This document shows, in pieces, positions 1-12,537 of a DNA stretch of 64,000 nucleotides. Source of the DNA: Octopus vulgaris (taxonomy: Eukaryota); contig OX597825.1 in assembly GCA_951406725.2 (NCBI GenBank), forward strand, positions 78,430,001 through 78,494,000, given 5' to 3'. Positions within the stretch are counted from its first letter, which is position 1; each line of letters begins with the position of its first letter. Below the pieces are notes generated by a model, which did not search any database, was not told where the DNA came from, and was given only the letters and a program-made list of their open reading frames with translations. The translations under genes were made by a program, and so were the position numbers.

Positions 1-364
1 ATGGTGGTTGCTGTGGTGTTAATATTTGTACTGATGTTAGTGGTAGTTTTGGTGGTGGTGGTGGTGGTGGCGGTGTTGTTGTTGGGGGTATTGTTAATTA
101 TTGTTGTTGTTGTTGGTGGTGGTGGTGACGCTGCTGTTGCTGTTGTTGGCATTAAATAACCATATGACTATGTGCTACCTGTGACATTTTAATCAAGAAA
201 AGAACTTGCCTAAGGTTATAGTAGCATCTTTTGCGCAACAGCTTTTTCGAATACGATCATTTCCCCCACACTTAAACAATAAACATTAATATTAATTCTT
301 CAATTTTGCTTTTTCCTTCCCAGCTTCATAACATAAGTTTCTTCATTTTGCAGGTAGTACCTTC

Positions 365-525
365 TGCTTAGCTTAATAAGTTCGCTTCGCAATCGCACAG
401 TCTTGTGTTCGATCCCATTTCACGGCATCTCGGACCGGACAAATGTCTTCTACCATAGCCTCAGTTGATCAAAAATCTTTTATGATTGAAATTTAGTAGT
501 CGGAAATGGAAACTGTAAGGAAGTC
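365..525 (+). mobile_element. Degenerate 5' part of tRNA-derived SINE family B
   Basis: Diverged match to the head of the full copy at 8811-9233 (gttcgatccc B-box, aaatgtcttctaccatagcctc, gtagtcggaaa...aactg..aggaagtcc). Confidence 0.6.
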
Positions 526-1005
526 CTCTGCATGAATTGGATTGCACATGTTCTTGGCTAGCAGACCAGATCCGTTATATGCTTTAACGCAACTATCTGG
601 TTTTTGATTGAATTTAGCGGAGTCCTCTTTCTTCTCTTGCTTTTTTTCTTTTCCCTCCCCTCCTTAATTGCCTCCCTTGTACCCTGTCCTCTCTCTTACT
701 CTTCTGCCTCTCTCTTTCCCTCTCTCATTCTTTAGTCCCTCCGCCACCCTTCTGATTCTTGCTAAGTGACCAGTGTCCAGTCAAACTGCATCGTTGTGAA
801 CGGGAAGATACAGAAAGTAGAGCAATTTTAAATTGGCTGAAATATGATAGTGGTAAAAAATGAGAAATGAATATAAAATATAAAATATATAGCCTTCATT
901 GGTACATAATTAGCATGTAATAGTCATTGCAGTTGGTCTAGTTGGATTTGTGGTCTTCGGGTGGTATTAATGTTCGGGTATTTTTAATACGTGAACTTGC
1001 TGTAA

Positions 1006-1225
1006 GACAGTGAGCTGGCAGAATCTTTACGGCGCCGGTCAAAATGTTTAGCGACTTTTTGTCCGTACTTTACATTCTGAGTTCAAATTCAGTCGAGATC
1101 GGCTTTACCTTTCATCATTTCAGGGGTCGATAAAATAAGTACCAGTGAGGACCTAGGTTGATGTGATCGACTTATTCTACCCCACACACTGACACTGATG
1201 GCCTTGTGCCAAAATGTGAAACCAA
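1006..1225 (+). mobile_element. tRNA-derived SINE family A, diverged copy
   Basis: gagctggcagaatc head, ttctgagttcaaattc B-box, ctttcatcatttcaggggtcgataaaataagtaccag central domain shared with many copies in the window. Confidence 0.85.
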
Positions 1226-1310
1226 TAACTGAACTTGTTGCTAATACACTATTTACATTATTTACATTTTTTACATTCGACGGATATTTGTCCTCATCTT
1301 GTTTGTTGTT

Positions 1311-1356
1311 AACACAACGTTTCGGCTGATATATCTTCCAGACTTCTTCAGGTGTC
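1311..1356 (-). ncRNA. Minimal type-I hammerhead ribozyme motif (mirror copy)
   Basis: Reverse complement reads gacac CTGAAGA a gtctg..cagcc GAAA cg TT gtgtt; one helix II mismatch. Confidence 0.6.
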
Positions 1357-1452
1357 TTGGGGAAATTTTGAAACTGGGTTCACATTCCTAAGGTATTTTT
1401 CGATGTTATTGTTGTTATTATTATTATTATTATTGTTGTTGTTGTTGTTGTT

Positions 1453-1515
1453 GCTTAGAATCGAACTCGGAATCTTGGGGTTAGTAGCCCGCGCTTTTGA
1501 CCACTACGCCATAGG
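1453..1515 (-). pseudogene. tRNA-like SINE head (not a functional tRNA)
   Basis: Minus strand reads tggcgtagtggtc (A box), gcggg-ctactaa-cccc (anticodon-arm-like), gagttcgattc (B box); no convincing acceptor stem; joined to the repeat body. Confidence 0.7.
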
Positions 1516-1604
1516 CCCCAAGCAGTGACCTGAACAGTAACAACAACAACAACAACAACAACAAATACCTTAGGAATAAGAACCCAGGTTCGAAATTTCC
1601 CCAA

Positions 1605-1650
1605 GACACCTGAAGAAGGCTGGAGAGTATATCAGTCGAAACGTTGTGTT
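1605..1650 (+). ncRNA. Minimal type-I hammerhead ribozyme motif
   Basis: gacac CTGAAGA a ggctg-gagagtatat-cagtc GAAA cg TT gtgtt: helix I gacac/gtgtt, helix II ggctg/cagtc, palindromic AACGTT in place of helix III. Confidence 0.7.
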
Positions 1651-2262
1651 AACAACAAACAAGATGAAGACAAATATCCGTCGAATGTAAATAATGTAAA
1701 TAATGTACATAATTCCTCATCTCTCAAATATAGAATTGTTGCTAATATCCGGACTTGTTGCTAATGTCTGAACTTGTTGGTAATATGCAACTTTGCACGG
1801 TTCTTAAAGCAGTGACTTTAGAAATGGAAAGGTAAGTGAATGAATGAATGAAGGAAGAAAGGAAGGAAGGAAGAAGGGAAGGAAGAAAGGAAGGAAAGGA
1901 AGAAAGGAAGGAAGGAATGAATGACTGAAATGTCGTGTATTGAATTGAATGAAAGGGTCTCCAGAAATGTGTGCTGTGCTTTCATTGGTCCTTGATTTGG
2001 TCCATTGTGCTGTCCTAGGAAATTTTTTTGGTAATCTTTGAGAAAACCGAAAGAAATTGAAATTGCTGAAAGTAGCGAATTAAGCAGTAAGAGACAAAAA
2101 AGTGGAAATGAATAAGAAGTGGAATTCTTTCATATTTTATAAGTTTGTGCATTAAATAATGGTAAGTCTGATGCTGTGTAGATAAACAGTATTTGCGGTG
2201 GCGTATGGGTGTAATATGCCACTGCCAGAAGGGTCTCTAAATGAGAACTTCCTTGTAAACAA

Positions 2263-2308
2263 TATGTATATATATGTATGTGTGTATATGTATATGTATA
2301 TATACATG

Positions 2309-2361
<53 letters not shown>

Positions 2362-2544
2362 TACACACACACACACACATATATATATATACGTATGTAT
2401 GTATGTATGTATATATATATGTATGTATGTATGTATATATAAGTATGTATGTATATGTGTGTATATATATGTATGTACACATACATATACATATACATCC
2501 ATCTCCCTCTCTCTCTCTTTCTCTTTCTCCCTACAAACATGTGT

Positions 2545-2580
<36 letters not shown>
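2263..2580. repeat. Compound (TA)n/(TATG)n/(CT)n/(TG)n microsatellite
   Basis: Directly visible; source of the ORFs at 2130-2660. Confidence 0.95.
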
Positions 2581-2582
<2 letters not shown>

Positions 2583-2589
2583 CACCCTG

Positions 2590-3390
2590 AAAACGCTGTG
2601 GGCACTCTGGATAAGACAACATTGTGTGTATACAGTTCGTTCTTGTTCTGATAAACACAAAACAATCTTCTGAAATATTTGCCTTTATGATTTATTAATT
2701 GTTATTGCCATTGCTAATTTAATAGGAAATTGTCTAATTAATGTAACTGACAACTCGTCACCCACTGAAGAAATAGTAACTCTTGAAATAAAAACAGTAT
2801 TTTTCTGCGATGTGTGTCTTCAGTTATAATCTTCGCGTTAATGGCGATGTTTGCTTGAATGTCTTAAAAGAACTGAACGTATACTATTACACATGTCATT
2901 AACTTAGTCGTACACAGGAGGATAATTAAATCATTAGTCTTTAATTCTGATATGTCAGATGGCAAACCTGAAACAGCTAAAGTATTTATGTACTCTGTAA
3001 TGAATTCTGAAGGGTTAGATTGGTGTGGACATTGATGATGACTAAATGGAACCGCTTCATCTCCTGAAAATAGCTTTAGTATTTCCTTATTAATGAGGTC
3101 AACATCAACATTTTTGAAGATTTTTCTGTTTCTTACAATGCTTTTCAGGGTAACATTTCTCTTAAAATCTAAGAAAATGAGGTCATTGGAATTATTAACT
3201 ATATTACGTCCTTGAGTTGTAATATTTTCTCTCTTGGCCTCTTCTACTATAAATCCATTTCCTACATGGAGTATTAATTTGTTGAATTGAATTTGCTTAT
3301 TCTGATCGTCTGAATTCTGTGCATAGGATTAGAGCTACGTATTTTCTGTTGATTGAATTTTTTTTAAATGTTTCCACAAAGAAGAGTTAT
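2590..3390 (-). pseudogene. Helitron Rep/Hel PIF1-like helicase C-terminal remnant
   Basis: Minus-strand translation gives KNVDVDLINKEILKLFSG...EYINTLAVSGLP and [19 protein letters not shown], matching the PIF1/Helitron motifs EFLNSL..SGLP and RQFP.RLAFAMTINKSQG; interrupted by stops and frameshifts. Confidence 0.8.
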
Positions 3391-4613
3391 TGAAAGTACC
3401 ATCCACCATCTGCCCCAGCATGACCGTAGCTCTCGAGCTGAAACTAGTAGAAAGACTTTTCGACTAAAATACATATCTTAATTATTTCAAGTTTATAATA
3501 ATATCTTGCTTTATTTTTTCGCTCATATTTTGACTTAAAAATGTAAATTAAAAGAACAACTTGTCAAAATTTCATAAATTGAAAAAAATGATTTCCATAA
3601 ATGTAAAAATATTTATTTTTCGACTGACAACGAAATATGTTTTTAAGGTATATGTAGAATTACATTCATCTGTGATTCCAACGGTGTCATTTGGCTGGTG
3701 TTTCTAACAGGTTTAATAGCTGATGTATCAATGCATGCATACTTTTCCTACATATAACAACAATTAGAAATATATTCCAGAACGTGAAACAATACTTTCA
3801 GGGAATATAAAAATATATACGCTTCAGGTAATGCAATATGCATATAAGCAAAATTTTAAAAAATTGCAGTTGTAAGTCCTCGCATAAGCCTTAATTTCTG
3901 AGAGGAAAGAGAAGATATAATTTCAACGAAATGACGCAATTATTGATTTATCTTCAAAAATCTAATTGAGTGGAAACTTTAGCAGAAATTATTGACTGGA
4001 ACGTTGAGTTTCTCTAGATGACCTCTGAACCTATTGGATATGGCAACCAAACAATCTTATCGCATTAAGGAATCGCGATTAATGTCAACTTAGATATCTA
4101 AGATATTTAGTAAATATATTTAGAGCCTCGTGGGGAAGTGTGCCTGTTACTGTAACATAAATTTTCTGTCGAAGAGAAACGGTAAGAAATATCTCATTAA
4201 ATAAGTGATTTTTAGTTTCTTATATGACATGCGCGCTTAAGTACTGCTCTTGCATAAAATAACAAACTTTAGAAATACAAAGCTTTTCTATCTGGTTTTA
4301 AACAATGAATTGTTACTTCTCAGTGGAACGAAATCCGCCTAAAGAAGCACGCACGATATATATGACGCAGACGTCGAAGAAAGAAACACGTAAAACTAAT
4401 TAAATGGAATAGAAGTTGGAAAATATTATATGAAAATGTGTACGTAACAATATAATGCACTGAGAAATAATGGCAGACAATTCCAGTGCAAGGTAACATA
4501 TATTTACGTTTGCGCACAAACTGTTCGCCGGGAATGCGTTCGGTTTCAAATAAATTCGAACATCAAGACTCATGCGCGAAGGAAAGTCATTTTAGATATG
4601 GATTCTTCAAAAC

Positions 4614-4790
4614 CAGAGGTTCCCAAACTTTTTAGGCCACCACCCCGCTCATTGCTACATAGTACCCTCAGCGCCTCCACCCCTATTTTTATGTATAAAT
4701 AAATATTTTATATTTTACTAATTCCTATATATATTATGAATCATTTGATATTTAATATGTTATATAATTTGTATACAATGCTATAATAAT
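4614..4790 (+). mobile_element. Possible hAT (Charlie-like) transposon terminus
   Basis: cagaggttcccaaacttttt resembles hAT-Charlie TIRs; partner TIR not found. Confidence 0.4.
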
Positions 4791-4879
4791 AGTGTATGTG
4801 TGTGTGTATGTGTGTAGTTGTGTGTCTGTGTTTGTCCCCCTACAATCGCTTGACAACCGATGTTAGTGCGTTTACGCCC

Positions 4880-5667
4880 CTGTTTCCGGTTTTAAATTAC
4901 TTTGAGTCATCTATAGCCAACTTTTTTCTCTGTCTGTTTCATCTTCAAAGTCCCTATGAAATTGTGCATGTATTCTTTTCTTTATCCACCTATTTTCAGT
5001 TTAATTCGTTTTCAATTGCTTGTACAGTGCTTTATTTTTGTAATCTTCCATCCTAACAAGCCTGACCTTCTTACTTCCAATAATAGCGGTTCTGTGGCAT
5101 TTTCCACATACCATGCTATGTTGTTTTCTTCTGCTCTAATGCTGTGTTCACATCCAATCAGTCCTCTTCCTCTCTTATTCTTGATACATACAGTCTGTCT
5201 ATGTTACTTTTTGGGTGGAGTATCTCATATCTAGTCAGCAACTTCCTTGTTTTTCTGTCTAAGCTGTTTAGTTCGTTTACTGTCCATGCGATTACCCCTG
5301 CTCCATATCCAAAGTGTGGGACCGCCCAGGTATTGAAAGCTTCAATTTTACTCCGTCCGTTCAATTTCGAGTTAAGGATCAGTTTCAGTCTGCGCAAAAA
5401 CTCCACCTTAAATTTTTCTGTCATTTCTTTCTCCATCAATTTATCCGTTTCCAATATCCCCAAGTACATATCGCCCGTCTCTTCTATTAGCTTCATAACC
5501 TCCCCCGACGCAATCACTAGCCTGCCCATACATTTAATTTTCGCTCTCTTCAAGACTAACACACCACACTTTTTCAGTCCGAACTCCATTCTGATATCAG
5601 CACTGAAAGTATACACCCTATTAACGAGGGAACTAAGTTGGGATTCATGTATACCATAAAGCTGGTT
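4880..5667 (-). pseudogene. Non-LTR retrotransposon (R4/Dong-like) RT C-terminal and thumb fragment
   Basis: ORF 5158-5616: FSADIRMEFGLKKC...YLGILE...LRRLKLILNSKLNGRSKIEAFNTWAVP...LDRKTRKLL...LHPKSNIDRLYVSR, then GLIGCEHSIRAEENNIAWYV after a frameshift; lies next to (ATT)n. Confidence 0.85.
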
Positions 5668-5689
5668 AAGTGCTTGTTAGCGGCTCATG

Positions 5690-5690
5690 A

Positions 5691-5768
<78 letters not shown>

Positions 5769-5786
5769 AGTATTATTATTATTATC

Positions 5787-5867
<81 letters not shown>
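5690..5867. repeat. (ATT)n-(CAT)n-(CAG)n compound trinucleotide repeat
   Basis: Directly visible. Confidence 0.95.
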
Positions 5868-5869
<2 letters not shown>

Positions 5870-5881
5870 CATAACGGTGAG

Positions 5882-6078
5882 GAGGCGAGCTGGCAGAGTC
5901 GTTAGCACGCCGGGCATGATACTTAGCGGTATTTCGCCTGTCCTTACGTTCTGAGTTCAAATTCCGCCGAGGTCGACTTTGCCTTTCATCCTTTCGGGGT
6001 CGATGAATTAAGTGCCAGTCGTCCACTGGGATCAAGTCCCCCCCCCTAAAATTTCAGGCCTTGTGTTTATAGTAGAAA
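5882..6078 (+). mobile_element. SINE family A copy with (ATT)n downstream
   Basis: ggcgagctggcagagtcgttagcacgccggg...gttctgagttcaaattccgccgaggtcgactttgcctttcatcctttcggggtcga. Confidence 0.9.
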
Positions 6079-6089
6079 TTATTATTATA

Positions 6090-6148
<59 letters not shown>

Positions 6149-6173
6149 CATTATTATCATTGTTATTATAGTT

Positions 6174-6345
6174 AGGCGGCGAGCTGGCAGGATGTTTAGC
6201 AGCACTTCGTTCCGAGTTCAAATCCCGCCGAGGTCAACTTTGCTTTTCATCCTTTTGGGGTCGAGAAAGTAAATACTAGTGAAACCCTGGGATCAATGCT
6301 ATCGACTAGTCCCCTTCCCTCAGCTCTTGTGCCTTTAGTAGAAAG
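6174..6345 (+). mobile_element. SINE family A copy, internally deleted
   Basis: ggcggcgagctggcagg head and gaggtcaactttgcttttcatcc core. Confidence 0.85.
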
Positions 6346-6389
6346 GATTATTATTATCACAATCATCATCATCATCATAATCATCAGTT

Positions 6390-6437
<48 letters not shown>

Positions 6438-6809
6438 TAGCCAAATTTTCTTTTATGAAATAAATGGATTTATTTTTAAATTTCTGGAAAATATTGGATG
6501 ATCATTAAAAAAACAAACACACACAACACAGAAAAATCTTAAAGTTTATTAAGATAAAGAAATTTTTAAGAAACACGGAAAAGAATATCAAAATGTGTGA
6601 TATTTTCGGATATGTATTTTATATTGTAGATAAATTGTCGCGAGAATATTGATGTATTTAGCAATAATTAGATATATATGCAATTTATATGTAATTCGAA
6701 ATTTTTTTTATATTGGAACAATAAAAAAAAATTCGAATTATAACAAGAACAACAACAATAAATATAAAACTATTAACATGTGTACGGTTGCGAGGCTTTA
6801 TACATGTGG

Positions 6810-8315
<1,506 letters not shown>

Positions 8316-8381
8316 ACATAGTAAGAAAGAAATGAAATGAGGCTCCTAACTGGTTGAACCCGCATCAAATGAGAAATACTC

Positions 8382-8463
<82 letters not shown>

Positions 8464-8734
8464 CGTAGCTATCGTTGTTTCTATTCACAAGCGTATTTTC
8501 TCAGCTCGATCGTCAGACTTATGATCAATCTTACCTTATTTTTATTCTTCTGTATTTCTCTTGCTTAGATATCTTCTGCAACAACTTTCATCATTCTAAA
8601 TATTTCGAAATTTATACAAATAAGTTCCAATTCACTTGAGGACCAACAAATCTATTTTCAGTACTTGCCTGTCTTCTTATATCATAGGCCAATTCCGCTA
8701 GAGAAAAATGCACACACATAAACCCACACACACG

Positions 8735-8810
<76 letters not shown>

Positions 8811-8811
<1 letters not shown>

Positions 8812-9037
8812 TCTTTTACTCTCTTTACTCTTTTACTTGTTTCAGTCATTTGACTGCGGCCATGCTGGAGCAACGCCTTTAATCGAGCAACTCGACCCCG
8901 AGACTTATTCATTTGTAAGCCCAGTACTTATTCTATCGGTCTTTTTTGCCGAACCGCTAAGTAACGGGGACGTAAACACACCAGCATCGGATGTCAAGCA
9001 ATGCTAGGGGGACAAACACAGACACACAAACACACAC

Positions 9038-9068
<31 letters not shown>

Positions 9069-9231
9069 CGACAGGCTTCTTTCAGTTTCCGTCTACCAAA
9101 TCCACTCACAAGGCATTGGTCGGCCCGGGGCTATAGCAGAAGACACTTGCCCAAGATGCCACGCAGTGGGACTGAACCCGGAACTATGTGGTTGGTTAGC
9201 AAGCTACTTACCACACAGCCACTCCTGCGCG

Positions 9232-9233
<2 letters not shown>
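8811..9233 (-). mobile_element. Full-length tRNA-derived SINE family B
   Basis: Minus strand: ggcgcgcaggagtggctgtgtggtaag (A box), gggttcagtcccactgcgtggcatcttgggcaagtgtctt, internal microsatellite, 3' gactgaaacaagtaaaagagtaaagagagtaaaagag repeat tail; embedded in (TA)n. Confidence 0.9.
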
Positions 9234-9281
<48 letters not shown>

Positions 9282-9370
9282 GAATTCACAAAGATAAAAA
9301 CAAAAGACGAAGACAGGTGATGTAGACAACAAACAGATGTATTAGTTTAACGCTCTGGAAGTGAGAAAGT

Positions 9371-9406
9371 CTTTAACGTTTCGAGCCTACGCTCTTCCAC
9401 AGAAAG
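9371..9406 (-). ncRNA. Variant minimal hammerhead-like motif
   Basis: Reverse complement reads cttt CTGTGGA a gagc-gtag-gctc GAAA cg TT aaag; helices I and II pair fully, but core position A6 is U. Confidence 0.45.
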
Positions 9407-9683
9407 GAACATAGAAAGAAACAAGATATATGTGTACGATCCAAATAATAAGACAACGAAATCATTTGAAGCATTTTGAATGATTCGTTACAATTGTTTA
9501 TCTGGCAACTCTGCTTATGATTTATTCTTCGCCACATCCACACTACGGTTTTACTGCCGTGAAACCAGGATTTTCTACACGTGATGAATTTTGGTATTAG
9601 TCTGGACTCATACAGTGTTGATAGCCCAACTCGGGTTGAGTACTCCTCTGAAAATACCCTGGTTTTATTCCCTATAAGAAACT

Positions 9684-9758
<75 letters not shown>

Positions 9759-9808
9759 AATGTGAAACAAGGTGGAAAAAAGTGTACTCAATTACCAGAG
9801 GTAGAGTA

Positions 9809-9973
9809 ATATGCTTTATTTAAAAGCAGCAGGAATATAACAAAAGCTGTTACTCAGAGTTTCACGGTCCCGTTCGTCGGACAGTTTTGTTAAAAAAAAA
9901 AACCTGTCCGACGAACGGGAACGTGAAACTCCGAGTAATAGCTTTTGTTATATTTCTGCTGCTTTTAAATAAA

Positions 9974-9979
<6 letters not shown>
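9809..9979. repeat. Foldback inverted repeat (76 bp arms) between (TA)n tracts
   Basis: 9809-9884 is the reverse complement of 9904-9979 with a few mismatches. Confidence 0.9.
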
Positions 9980-10007
<28 letters not shown>

Positions 10008-10024
10008 CCAATCGTTTTATTATC

Positions 10025-10141
<117 letters not shown>

Positions 10142-10821
10142 CATGTATGTATGTATGTATATACGCAACATATAATATGTTATGCATAATTCACTATAAT
10201 ACTTTCATTTCAAAATTATATTTATAAAGTCAGACGTTGATGGTTAGCAATAAACTTTAATAATATTTGACAATATACATACAGCAAGCTCCGGATACAA
10301 CTATAAAGTAATGTGCACTCGGATGAGATATAGACAGGAAACTTGTTCAAATGTTTATACATACACATACACTACATAGACACACACACACATACACTCA
10401 CGCACACACATATATTATAAATCTAAGTATAATGCACATATATAGAGATAGACAGATAGTTAAATAAATGTAAATGTATGCATATTGAAATAAATGTGTG
10501 TATACACACACACACACGCACACATATATATATATATAAATATATGTATATATACTAAATATACCTATATATACACTTATATATATGTATGTATAAGTCT
10601 GTATATGCGTTTAAATGTATTCGTTACCTTTATACAGTTATATATATATGATTTACATTTATATATATATTTGTGTGTGTGTGTGTATTTGTGTGTATGT
10701 ATGTGCGTAAATTATATATATATATATACCTATTTTTACGTATATATGCACATATATATATATACATATATATATATACATATATACACAGAGAGAGAGA
10801 GGTGGGTGATAAAAATTAATT

Positions 10822-10895
<74 letters not shown>

Positions 10896-11703
10896 CATAT
10901 ATAAACACGCATATAATGTTTCAGTGATTATAATAGAAGCTTTATCCTCACGAAAAATCTTGAAATCTCTTTTCTTGGAGATGAGATTCTATTTTTCTAT
11001 TTCACATTTATTTATTTATATATTTATTCATTTATTTGTTTATTCATTTATTCGTATTTTTTTTACCTGTAGTTTTTTATTTTCTTCTTCTTCTTCACTG
11101 TATTTCTTTCACGTCAAAAGAAATATATCACTTAAGCCAATTCCAAGAAAATATCTCCGGTCTAATTAATCTTTACTTCAAAAAAATAAATAAATAAAAT
11201 AAAATAACTAAAAGCTGATGGAAAAATAATGAGCAAATATGAAAGAGAAAAAGAAAACACAAACCAATTCATGGTACCTTTTCATTACTAGCACCAAAAT
11301 AATACTATTCGTAATATTAGTTTATCTCTCTCTCTACATGTATATTTTCCTAAATTCGTTAAACGTTTTAATTGAAAGATAAAAAGATGTTTTGAACAAA
11401 CACACGAAAAAAAGATCGTTTAATAGTTTAAATTTACGTAATGACTGTCGTTTCTATGCAATCAACACGTCTGTACACCGTCTAATTATTGGTTTTTATT
11501 GAGACAGTTTTCGTTTCTTTCCTTCGTCGTCTGCAATCGTAGTTATGACGTTACGGCAAGAAGGAAACAGAAATGTCTTTGTGGATGTTCGGCCTGGTAG
11601 GTACAGCTAAGGAAAAATAGTAAAGAAAATAGAAGTAACTAAATTTTCCTCGAAGCAGGTTTTAATGTTTTAGACAGAAAAAAAAAAGATACAGCGAACA
11701 ATA

Positions 11704-12294
11704 CGAGCGGGTGCTGAAAAGTTCCTGGCTTAGAGTAAAAGAAAATATAGGAAGATCAGTCATGATTTTATCCAACATATCCCCCTCTCAGATTCACACT
11801 GTTATGGCAGCGGTCCTTCAGTTTTTCTAAGCCTTGTAAAAGAACTCGGAAGATTGGGTCTCCAATTAAACTTTTTGCGATACATACCTACATACATACA
11901 TGACCCAGCCAACGCAGATGTCCAATCGAGACGTCTGCCTTGGCTGGGTCATGCCCTCCGTCGTCAACCAGGAGAATTCATCTAGGAAAAAATTACCCCA
12001 GCTCCCCTTCAGGGTTGGCGAAAGCGATGTGATGAACAACGAAAAACCTGGCTAATGACAGTCAAGGCTGATCTGGAACCCAACCTAGGCCCCCATATCT
12101 ACGGCGTTCGCTGCTGGAATCAGGAGTGGTTGGAGATCACGCGGTCATTAGCCTCAAATCGCCAGGCCTGGTCGGCATTTGTGAGAGATGCAGCATTGAG
12201 GATGAATGAAGCCAGCTCAGCCCACCCCGGGTGGATGCTGTCAAGTCAAGTCAGTCGATACACTTAAACCTGAGACCTTTTCAGCTCCGTCTCG
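11704..12294. mobile_element. Mariner-type MITE interrupted by an RTE LINE fragment
   Basis: Imperfect TIRs cgagcgggtgctgaaaagtt / accttttcagctccgtctcg, each flanked by TA. Confidence 0.75.
11885..12255 (+). mobile_element. 5'-truncated RTE-clade LINE 3' end
   Basis: Translates to SRRLPWLGHALRR...GWRKR..EQRKTWLMTVKADL...SLASNRQAWSAFVRD; (TCAAG)n tail; TSD cgataca at 11878-11884 and 12256-12262. Confidence 0.85.
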
Positions 12295-12324
12295 TATGGT
12301 CATAAATACACTATCTCCGAATTA

Positions 12325-12537
12325 ACAGAAAAATTAATAGGTAAATGGATCTCAGTCTATTTCGACGATGCATATCTGTGTAATTGATCAAATTAATGAC
12401 CTACTCATTTAATTAGCTTGTAAATGGCTGAATATTCCGCCGACATGCGTATCCTTAAAGTAATTCTCATCCAGAATTAACACTATGTGTGACAAGGTCG
12501 GCCTTTTTTGAGTTAGAGATACAATCCATCTGACGGG
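12325..12537 (+). repeat. Local direct duplication, copy 1 (copy 2 at 14276-14487)
   Basis: ~210 bp co-linear match with scattered substitutions. Confidence 0.9.

Larger units (their letters stand above)
1251..1735. mobile_element. SINE family D: tRNA head plus hammerhead-bearing tail, present as an inverted pair (minus-strand copy 1251-1515, 5'-truncated plus-strand copy 1517-1735)
   Basis: ~150 bp arms 1251-1400 and 1564-1705 are reverse complements; tRNA-like head on the minus strand at ~1453-1515; flanked by direct repeat ttgttgctaata (1235-1246, 1736-1747); second family member at 53127-53326. Confidence 0.85.
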
